Shown here piece after piece: positions 37,163-45,608 of a DNA stretch of 64,000 bases. This stretch comes from Gemmatimonadota bacterium. GTDB lineage: Bacteria > Gemmatimonadota > Gemmatimonadetes > Longimicrobiales > Gaopeijiaceae. Under the pieces are notes generated by a model. It ran no database searches. It saw only the letters and a list, made by a program, of their open reading frames with translations, and was not told the origin of the DNA. Location: assembly GCA_039589315.1 (NCBI GenBank), contig JBDHHQ010000027.1:43067-107066 (forward strand), given 5' to 3'. The translations under genes were made by a program, and so were the position numbers. The stretch's first letter is position 1. The number at the start of each line of letters is the position of its first letter.

Positions 37163-37285
37163 TCACGGCCTCGGCCCTTCCGAGGCTGATGCGACCCGCT
37201 CCACTTCCGTCATGACGGGGAGCGTGTTCTCGCCCCAGATCTTGCGAATCGTCTCCTCGTCGAAGCCGCGCTGCAGCACCGTCGT
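37163..37285 (-). pseudogene. C-terminal remnant of a membrane (renal-type) dipeptidase
   Basis: 'LQRGFDEETIRKIWGENTLPVMTEVERVA'. Confidence 0.6.
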
Positions 37286-37367
37286 CTCGCAATCTCGCGC
37301 CATGGTGTGGCTTGGGGAGGTCCTGGGAGCGACGCCCCGAAGGAGGTCACCTCGTGACCCGCAGTTC

Positions 37368-38987
37368 ATGCGAACACGGGCTCTGATCGCCGGAATGGTA
37401 CTGTCGACGGGCACCCTTGCCGCCCAGGAACTGCGGCCCGGATTCGTGGATCCTGAACCCGTTCTTCGGGCGGCGGCCGAGGCGATCGGGACCGACCGGC
37501 TCAGGTGCGTTACCATTTCGGGGAGCGGGTACACCGGAATGGTCGGCCAGCAGCGCCTGAACGGCTACGAGGTGGATTGGCCACGTGGCGAGCCTCTGGC
37601 CAATTACACCCGCACCATGGACTGGGAAGCCGAGACCATGGTCGAGGAGTTCGACCGCGAGCCGGGGCGCAACCCAGCGTCGTGGAAGTACGGCCTCGGG
37701 TGGAGGGGAGGCACGCCGCTCCAGGCGAGCTCCCGCCAGCGCTTCGTGGTCAAAGGGCTCCACGGGTGGCACGTGGACGGGCCGGGCGGCGAAGCAGTGG
37801 CCGCTCGACCGGAGGACGTGGAGCGTTGGCAGCTGGACCTGTGGCTCAATCCGCACGGATTCTTGAAGGCTGCGATGAAGCCGGGCGCGAATCCTCGGGG
37901 CGTTTGGCGTTGGGAGCTTGGGGAGATGGGACGGGACGGTGCGACCACCGAGCCCGATAAGGTGACCGTCGTATCGATCACCGTGCTCGACAAGTACCGC
38001 GTGGACGCGACGATCAACTCCGAGCATCTGCTCCAGAGGATCCACACATGGGTACCGGACCCCGTGCTCGGCGACATGAACTACGAGCACGAGTTCACCA
38101 ATGCGAGCTATGTGGACGTGGGAGACGGCGTGCGCTTTCCGACGGGGTGGCATCATCATGAGGGCTGGGACGACAACTTCCAGGCCCAGAGCATCAACGC
38201 CGGCCACAACGCCTTCGGTGGAACCTTCGCGGATGTCCAGCCGAACCGGTGCGACAACCCGGCGACGGTCCCCAATCACGTGCGCCGGGCCAGCTTCCCC
38301 ATCCGTGTGACGACAGAAGAGTTGGCCCCCGGCGTGTGGCTGCTTGGCGGAGCCTCGCACAACAGTGTGGCGGTCGAGTTCGCAGACTACGTCGCGGTCG
38401 TCGAGGCCCCGCTCGACGAGGCGCGCAACCTCGCGGTCATCGATGAGGTCGCGAGGCTCGTGCCGGACAAGCCGATTCGATTCCTGGTGAACACGCACCA
38501 GCATCACGACCACATCGGCGGGCTCCGGACGTACATGCACATCGGCGCCACGATCGTAACACACTGGAAGAACTACGACTTCTACGTCCGCGACGTGTTG
38601 AATTTCGCTCCGAGGACGCTCTCGCCCGACATGGTGTCCCTGTGGCCGCCCACAGAGCTGGCCGAGGGATACCAGTACGAGACGGTCCGGGAGAACCACT
38701 GGCTCAACGACGGATCTCGGACGATGCACATCTCGTACGTGCAGCCCCTCGCTCACGTCGAGGGAATGCTCGTGGCGTATCTGCCCGGCGAGAGGCTCTT
38801 GATCGAGGCTGACCTGTTCGATTGGATGGGACCGCGTAATACGTGGCCGGTCACCGCCACTGCGGCTGGCGAGAGCCTGTACAGGCACGTGCGACGGCTG
38901 GAGCTGGACGTCGAAACGATCGTGCCGATCCATGGGCAACCTGTCCCCTGGGCGGAGTTCGTCCGCTTGGTCGGATCAGGGGGCTAG
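37368..38987 (+). CDS. Secreted MBL-fold metallohydrolase
   Basis: Signal peptide; 'VNTHQHHDHIGG', 'AHVEGML', 'EADL', 'VPIHG'. Confidence 0.87.
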   Translation: MRTRALIAGMVLSTGTLAAQELRPGFVDPEPVLRAAAEAIGTDRLRCVTISGSGYTGMVGQQRLNGYEVDWPRGEPLANYTRTMDWEAETMVEEFDREPGRNPASWKYGLGWRGGTPLQASSRQRFVVKGLHGWHVDGPGGEAVAARPEDVERWQLDLWLNPHGFLKAAMKPGANPRGVWRWELGEMGRDGATTEPDKVTVVSITVLDKYRVDATINSEHLLQRIHTWVPDPVLGDMNYEHEFTNASYVDVGDGVRFPTGWHHHEGWDDNFQAQSINAGHNAFGGTFADVQPNRCDNPATVPNHVRRASFPIRVTTEELAPGVWLLGGASHNSVAVEFADYVAVVEAPLDEARNLAVIDEVARLVPDKPIRFLVNTHQHHDHIGGLRTYMHIGATIVTHWKNYDFYVRDVLNFAPRTLSPDMVSLWPPTELAEGYQYETVRENHWLNDGSRTMHISYVQPLAHVEGMLVAYLPGERLLIEADLFDWMGPRNTWPVTATAAGESLYRHVRRLELDVETIVPIHGQPVPWAEFVRLVGSGG

Positions 38988-39127
38988 ATGCCAACAGGGT
39001 AGAGGCTGGCGGCTGTGCGCAGCAGCTCAGCGTTCTCTCCACCCAGCTCCCTTTGCCAACACTCCGGGATCTGCCTCCGACGCGTGGACAAAGTGAACCA
39101 GTGGGTGATTCCGGGAGGAGAAATCAG

Positions 39128-39460
39128 GTGCGAGGCACCGTGATCGCGTTGGCCGGCCTCCTGTGGGCACCGCATCAGTCGCCCACGTTGAGCATCACGA
39201 TCGTGGGAAACGCCGGAGTGCTTCTTTCGGACGGTGCTACATCGCTGCGCGTAGATCTTCCCTACGAGTCGGGTGCCTTTGGCTACCAGACGTATGATCC
39301 CTCCGACCTGAATCCCCCGGGGTATCAGGTGCGCCCGTGGGATCCGCTGTCGCTGGTCGTCGCCACAGGGGGACTGGTGTCCGTCGCGTTGGTCGCGTGC
39401 TGGATGCCTGCACGTCGGGCGATCGCTGTGGACCCGGCCGCGACGCTTCGGAGCGACTGA
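39128..39460 (+). pseudogene. In-frame chimera: MBL-fold N-terminus + ADOP permease C-terminus
   Basis: GGAGGAG RBS; 'ITIVGNAGVLLSDG..VDLPY' joined to 'YQVRPWDP..ACWMPARRAIAVDPAATLRSD'. Confidence 0.6.
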
Positions 39461-39591
39461 GCCACGAAGCGGTGGTGGGTGACACCGCACCGGAGCAGGG
39501 CGAGGAGCCCCAGGCCCGTTACCGGCAGATCACGCCAGGGTACGTCCGGAGCCCGTGCTCGCCGCGTCCCCGCGAGCGACTCAGCGCCACC

Positions 39592-39663
39592 CCTCTCGAG
39601 CTCTTCGGGGGTTTGGCCCTTGCCCTCGCCGTAATCGGGATCTATGGCGTGACGTCGTATTCG
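39592..39663 (+). pseudogene. ADOP permease fragment
   Basis: 'LFGGLALALAVIGIYGVTSYS'. Confidence 0.55.
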
Positions 39664-39952
39664 GGTCCCTCCTCGCTTCCTGGCCCTGGGCCGTGCCACG
39701 GGGCTCCCCGGAGATGGGCGTCACTGGTCACGTCGAGTAGCAGAATGGGGTGGGGCACCCCTCGGCGAGCAAGGAGGGCCAAGATGCGAGCCTCGACACG
39801 AGATCACGATGCCTGACCAGGCGCAGATCTTCTTCGCTCTGTACCCGGTCCGGACATGGCCACCTTGGTCAGCCCGACGCCGTTGAGGGTGATCGAGACC
39901 GCACGATGGACCGAACCCAGTCATTCGGGGCCGATGAAGCTCGACGACTCGC

Positions 39953-40489
39953 TCACAGGTTGTTCGTCTCGTATCCCCTTGCGTATCGCTCTACGTCTTG
40001 AAACAGCCTCTTGAGAATGCGCTTCCCTCTGCCCCAGGCGAACTTCTGGCCTTTGAACGTGACCGAGGCTTCGATGCGGTAGTCCGATTGTCGTCCGCTG
40101 ACATGAGCCGACAACTCACCATTCCAAGCCAAGGCCGACGAGGGAACCGTGGCGACGATGAGGCAATCCTCGGCCTTGATTCGCTCGTCCAACTGAGTGA
40201 TCGAGATCCCCTGCTCCGCAATGCCACACAGTAATCCAAGAAGCACATAGCCATACCGGTGCGAGAGGGCCACGGCATCGCGCGTCTGCGACTGGAGACC
40301 CAGATCTTCGCCGAGCTTCGGTCCCACGGCCGCGGCCAGCCGGGTCGTCAACGGTGTGAACTCGAGAAACTCTTCGGCGCTTTCGGGGAGCTTGGCCTTG
40401 GCGAGGGCGTCGGTAACCATCTCGATGCCAAGGGGATGTCGGAGGAGATCGTGAATCGAATCGATTCCCGACACCTTTGGAGCACTCAT
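39953..40489 (-). CDS. Hypothetical protein
   Basis: 178-aa ORF with GAGG RBS; AT-richer codon use; no recognised motif. Confidence 0.6.
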   Translation of the reverse strand: MSAPKVSGIDSIHDLLRHPLGIEMVTDALAKAKLPESAEEFLEFTPLTTRLAAAVGPKLGEDLGLQSQTRDAVALSHRYGYVLLGLLCGIAEQGISITQLDERIKAEDCLIVATVPSSALAWNGELSAHVSGRQSDYRIEASVTFKGQKFAWGRGKRILKRLFQDVERYARGYETNNL

Positions 40490-40825
40490 GAGGACACCTC
40501 GTTGGCAGGACGAGCGTTGCTGAAGAAGCCTCACCCCCCAACGCCGGCGGGCTCCTTATCGCGCGTCAGGACCCGGGGCCTTCCTCGCCGAAGGGCTGGT
40601 CCGCTTCTGGTCCTGTAGCACATAGTAGACCCGGCGAACGTAGCACGAAATGTCGGCCGGATTAGCGAAGGAAACGCCATGCTCGAGCCAAATCGGCGGC
40701 GGCGGCCACGGTGTCGACTTCGCCGTGGGGTACTACGGGATGGGAGCCAACCCGAGGGCGCCCCGTCCGGTCAGGTCAAGCTCGGGTTCACCTGGCTGTT
40801 TCCGCGGTGAGCGGTCACTCGACGA

Positions 40826-40851
40826 CCCCCGTCCCCGCAGCCAGATACAAC
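40826..40851 (+). repeat. att-like site E (partial arm)
   Basis: CCCCCGTCCCCGCAGCCAGATACAAC; one mismatch to site D (24822-24847); abuts the permease stop codon. Confidence 0.6.
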
Positions 40852-40853
40852 AC

Positions 40854-43516
40854 CTACTGCACCCGAAGCGCCTCCACGGGGTCCGCACGTGCAGCACGCA
40901 CCGCCGGTACATAGGTCGCCAGCGCCGCGACCGCAGCCAACACCAGGGCACCCACGCCGAAGCTGAGTCCGTCGACCGCCGACACCTGGTACAGCGCTCT
41001 CTCCAACACCGGTGCCGCCAGTGCCGCGAGGCCGGCGCCGATTGCCAGACCGAGCACGATCGTAGCTAACATCTCCCGCATGACCATGCGGATCACCTGA
41101 TCGCGTGCGGCGCCCAGCGCGATGCGGATGCCCATCTCGGAAGATCGCCGGGCGACCGCAAACGAAACCACCGCGTAAATCCCTTGTTCAGCAGGAGCGA
41201 CTGGGACAATCGGGACTCGAGCGTCGCCAGAGCCCGAAGCGGCAGGTCCGGGCTCACGGCCCTGAGCTCGGCGCGGAGACTGGGCAGCAGCGCACCGGGG
41301 TCTCCGTCGGTTCTGACCAACACGTAGCCCGAGCTGGGGCTCTGGCTCGCCGCGTAGAACAGCATGGGCGTCGGGGGCTCGTCCAACCTCGACACCTTCT
41401 GGTCCTCCACGACGCCAACCACCTGCGCCCACTCGTCCGGGCGAGCCTGTGGTCGAATTCTGCGGCCGATCGGGCTTCCCGGCGCCCAGAATCTTCGTGC
41501 TGCCGTCTCGTTGACGACCACGACCGGTGTGGTGCCCTGCGCGTCCTCGGGGCCGAAAACCCGCCCTTCGGTAATCTGTAGCCCGACCGTTCGGAAATAG
41601 TCCTCACCGACGATCGCGAACGGCAGCTCGACCGATCCGGTGCCGGACGGCGGATCGTAGTCCTCCACGACCGTAGTGGTGCTCCCACCGGGTTGCACCG
41701 GTAGCCGGCTCGTGAACGCTGCGGAGCGTACGCCCGGAAGCGCGGCGGCGCGGTCCAACATTTCCTGGACCCGCACGGCGCGCTCCTCGGCCGAGACTCC
41801 GCCTTGTCCGAAGCTCGTCTGCACGAAGGCCAGTCGCTCCACGTCCACGCCGGGATCGACGCGCTGCACGTTGGCCAGACTGCGCGTGAGGAGGGCGGCG
41901 CCGACCAGAAGCACGAGCGACACGGCCACCTGCGTCGCAACCAGAACGTTCCGGGTCATGACGGACCGCTTGCCGGCGCTGGAGCCACGCCCCTCCTCGC
42001 GCAGAACGCCGGCCAGGTCGGATCGAGCCGAGCGAAGCGCTGGGGCGAGGCCGAACAGGATCCCCGTGAGCATGACAAGGCCGAGCGTGAACAGGAGGAC
42101 GCGCCCGTCCATCGACAGGTCCAGGTCTCCGGCGCCCCCCACGGCCGCGGCCAATGGACCGGCCACCAAAGGCGTGAGGCCCAGGATCCACCGCCCGAGT
42201 AGCAAACCGACGATCCCGCCCAGGAAAGCCAGCGTGCTCGACTCGGCCAGGACCAATCGGGCCACGCGTCCGCGACTCGCCCCCAGCGCCCGACGAATCG
42301 CGACCTCGTGTCCACGCGACAGTCCCCGCACAATCAGCAGGTTGGCCAGATTCGTGCACGCGAGCACCAACACCAGCCCTACGATGCCGAGCAGTACGGC
42401 GGCTGCGGGAACCAGCCTGCTGTCGAGCTCGGGGTGCAGTCGCACGTCGTCGGGTCCGAACACGGTGATCCCGCGGCCCTCGTTGATCTCGGGGAAGTCT
42501 TCCGCGAGCCGTGCCGCAAGCGCATCCATTGCGGACTGTGCCTGCGCGACCGAAACACCAGGGGCCAGGCGGGCCCGGACCCCGTACCAGTGATCCTGCC
42601 TGCGCTCGAGGTTGGCAATGCGGAAGGCCCCGCCGACTCCCACCGAAGAGATCGAAAGCCAGAAGTCCGTCACGAAGGCGCCCCCGGCTCCATTGAAGCC
42701 CTCCGGACCGACGCCAATGACGGTCACGGGCTGTCCGTTCATGCGGATGGTCCGGCCGACGACCGCCGGATCCGATCCGAACTTCGTACGCCAGGCGTGA
42801 TGGCTGACCACAGCGTAGTTGCCCGAACCCACCTCGTCGTATCCGGGCTCGAACCACCGACCCCGGCTCGGGTTGACGCCGAATACGGGGAAGTAGCTCG
42901 CGTTGACGAACTCGATCAGCGCCCTCCGGGGGCCGTCAACGGCCTCCCACGTCACGGTGGCGTAGCTCGCTGCGGCGACGCCGGAGAACACGTCCGTGTA
43001 GGTGGCCATGTCCAAGGCCGCCGGGTAGGACGTCGAAGTCGGCTCGCCGTCGTCAGAATCCTGGTAGACATGTACGACCCGCGACGGATCCTCGTAGGGC
43101 GGCGGTCTGAGCAGCACGGCGTCGACCACCGTGAAGACGGCAGCGTTCGCACCGATGCCGAGGGCTACGATGAGCGTGGCTGAAAGCGTGAAGAACGGCG
43201 TCCGCATCAGCCGTCGAATGGCGTCCCTCAGGTCGTGTCGTATCGTGCTTATCGTCCCTTCCCCCGCACGTCGCCTTCTGGGTGCATCGGCGAACACCAG
43301 GTCGGCCGTGCTCCACCGTTCTCTCCATCCTCCTGCGACCAGGTCACTCGAAGCCCGGACCCATGCCACCGCACCGCCCAGGGCGCCGCCCTCGACGCGG
43401 CCCCTCTTCACACGCCAGCGATAGAGCTCGACCACTTCGCGGCCATACCGCTGCCGAAACGAGGCCGGATAGAGGAGCAGAAGCAGCCGCAACAGCGGGC
43501 CAGGCCTATGGCTCAT
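40854..43516 (-). pseudogene. ADOP ABC permease with deletion/frameshift near 41183
   Basis: Main ORF leaves homology at 'SQSLLLNK'; C-terminus 'GIYAVVSF..EMGIRIALGA..DPVEALRVQ' is in another frame; one TM helix missing. Confidence 0.8.
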
Positions 43517-43863
43517 ACGGACTCGGGTAGAATGTCCAGCTCACGCGCGGTACGGACGAGCCGAGCCAAACGGCGCGCTTCGGCCGTCACCAGAGCACGG
43601 CCGGACTCCGTGATGGAGTAGTACCTGCGTCTGGGATCCGCTCCGGCATCGGGGGCTGCGACCTCGCGAATGAGACCGCGCTCGCTCATGTCCTTGAGCG
43701 ATCGGTACAGCGTTCCGGGACCCAGCCCCACCGTGCCGTCGGTCGCCCGATCGACGTCGCGTGCGATGCCGAGACCGTGGCTGTCGGCTCGACATAGGGC
43801 GAGGAGGATGTGTAGGACCGCTGGGCGCAGCGGAAGCCGCGCGACGTGCTCGGATGTAGGCAT
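43513..43863 (-). CDS. PadR family regulator
   Basis: 'LHILLAL..HGLGI..GPGTLYRSL..RRRYYSIT..G'; overlaps the permease start. Confidence 0.92.
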   Translation of the reverse strand: MPTSEHVARLPLRPAVLHILLALCRADSHGLGIARDVDRATDGTVGLGPGTLYRSLKDMSERGLIREVAAPDAGADPRRRYYSITESGRALVTAEARRLARLVRTARELDILPESV

Positions 43864-43881
43864 GGCAGATCCTCGTCGAAG

Positions 43882-43911
43882 TATCCATCACGAATATATC
43901 CATCATGGATA
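43882..43911. promoter_or_regulatory. Tandem PadR-type operators
   Basis: TATCCATCACGAATA followed by perfect palindrome TATCCAT-C-ATGGATA, about 20 nt upstream of the padR ATG. Confidence 0.65.
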
Positions 43912-44486
43912 GTTTCGCAAAGATCACCATTCCTGGCCGGGATGTGGTGGGGTAGCTCATGTCGATTCTCCGTTCGAGGTTCCCTCATCGGAACGGAGCT
44001 GCCACCGCCTCCGGGGCCCGAGACATCAGGCCCCCGGAAGGAGAGCCTGGAAACATGATGGTCTCCGCCAGCGACTGGGGACGGAGAGCTTGGCGACGAG
44101 CCTGCGGGGTAGGCTCCTTGAAGAGCTTGCGGGCGATGCTCGAGGCCGGTGAAGGGGTGAGAGCCTGATCATAGCGTGCCTCCCTGGTTCGGCGAGACCT
44201 CGGTCAGTCGTTCTCTCGTCCCGGGCCTCGCTTCGAGGTAAACCTCCCTCCGGAGTGGTCCGAACGCGCGATGCTCCAGGGCCGTAGGACACGGCGTCCC
44301 GGGCTGCCCCGCGGCGTAACACAAACCCCCCGCTCAGCGGCACCGGCCCGGACACTTCTATTTCAACTAAGGCGGACATTTCTACTGCAACGCTACACGG
44401 ACATAGTTGGCGAGATTGCTGCGCTTCCGTCCCCGGCCTATACTCGCATCGGGCCTTCTCGGCTTCTCGAACAGGCACCTACCCGC

Positions 44487-45584
44487 ATGTTCAACAACAT
44501 CCTCTGGTTGCTTGCTGGATTCTCCCTGGCATCTGCACCGGTGCCTTCTCCCGCTGATCCCGCATTCTCCTCGATACCGGACGCCGTGACCTGCGCCTCC
44601 CTCGGCTTCGACCCGGTGGTGACGCGGCCCAGCTCGCCTGCAGGCACGCTACGTGTCCTGGAGCGCTTGCACGACTTCGGCACGACCCACTACTGGGGCA
44701 TGATCCCGGACCCGGGGGGCAGCTACATGAGGGCCGAGGACGTGGTGGTCTCCTACGTCCAACGGACGCTGTCGCCTCCAAGGGGCACGGTGAGCCTCGA
44801 GGCGGTGCCCATCCGCCGACTCAACGTGGTGGATCTCACGCTGCCTGAGGGGCACGACGCGGTGCTGTGGGCAGGGAGCGTGGTGCGCAGCGAGGTTCGG
44901 GCCAGCGCCTACCTGGACGGGGAGCTGCGAACGACGTGGGGCGCCGGGATCCCGGTCGAAGGCGAGTGCGAGAGTACACGGACGTTTCCGGTCTTCGTGA
45001 CGACGCTCCGCCGGGAAGACGTCCGGGATGTCTCCTTCGAGTACGAGCTCACGGAGAACGACGAAGACTGCGAGGAGGAAGAGACGGCGATAGCTGCGTG
45101 TCAGGGCTCCCCGGCGCTGAACCGCTGCCTGGTGGGGACATGGCAGATGCTGGAGCCGTCCATCCAGGGCATGCTGGGCTCGGATGCCCCGGTCACCGGA
45201 GAGATCTACACCAGGTTCTTCGAGAACGGGGCCTTCATCCACCGCTTCGACAACCTGGAACAACACAGCATAAGCCTCGATCGCTTCGGCAAGATGAAGA
45301 TGGAGATGAGGACCCGCTACACCGGTGACGTGCGGGGCTGCGCCACGAGCATCGACGCACCGCGGCTGGACGGCGCCGCCCCGCTACGCACCGAACCGAC
45401 GTCCGACCGGGTCGTCCGCTCCACGTACATCCGACACGCCGACCGCGCCGGAAACGAGACTGTGGAGCAGGGACTCCAGGCCTGGTACTGGCCCAACAAG
45501 CCCGCCTACTTCATGTGCGACGGCGAGAGCATGCGAATGGGGAGCCGATTGGAGAGCCGGGAATACCGACGGGTGTCGCGATAG
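44487..45584 (+). CDS. Hypothetical secreted protein (gene X)
   Basis: Signal peptide; GC3-biased ORF; 'CLVGTW' lipocalin-like strand; several Cys. Confidence 0.7.
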   Translation: MFNNILWLLAGFSLASAPVPSPADPAFSSIPDAVTCASLGFDPVVTRPSSPAGTLRVLERLHDFGTTHYWGMIPDPGGSYMRAEDVVVSYVQRTLSPPRGTVSLEAVPIRRLNVVDLTLPEGHDAVLWAGSVVRSEVRASAYLDGELRTTWGAGIPVEGECESTRTFPVFVTTLRREDVRDVSFEYELTENDEDCEEEETAIAACQGSPALNRCLVGTWQMLEPSIQGMLGSDAPVTGEIYTRFFENGAFIHRFDNLEQHSISLDRFGKMKMEMRTRYTGDVRGCATSIDAPRLDGAAPLRTEPTSDRVVRSTYIRHADRAGNETVEQGLQAWYWPNKPAYFMCDGESMRMGSRLESREYRRVSR

Positions 45585-45608
45585 ATGGCTAGCGGCTGGA
45601 GCTCGAGA

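Noticed and set aside
39052..39066. Sixth att-like site (TTTGCCAACACTCCG; also TTGCCAACG near 16646 and CAGAACCGCG at 1-10)
   Set aside because: Matches are too short and lack the adjacent arm repeats; chance cannot be excluded.
5189..40851. Classical integron attC sites
   Set aside because: No RYYYAAC..GTTRRRY hairpin and no intI; the sites are direct repeats plus a tRNA fragment.
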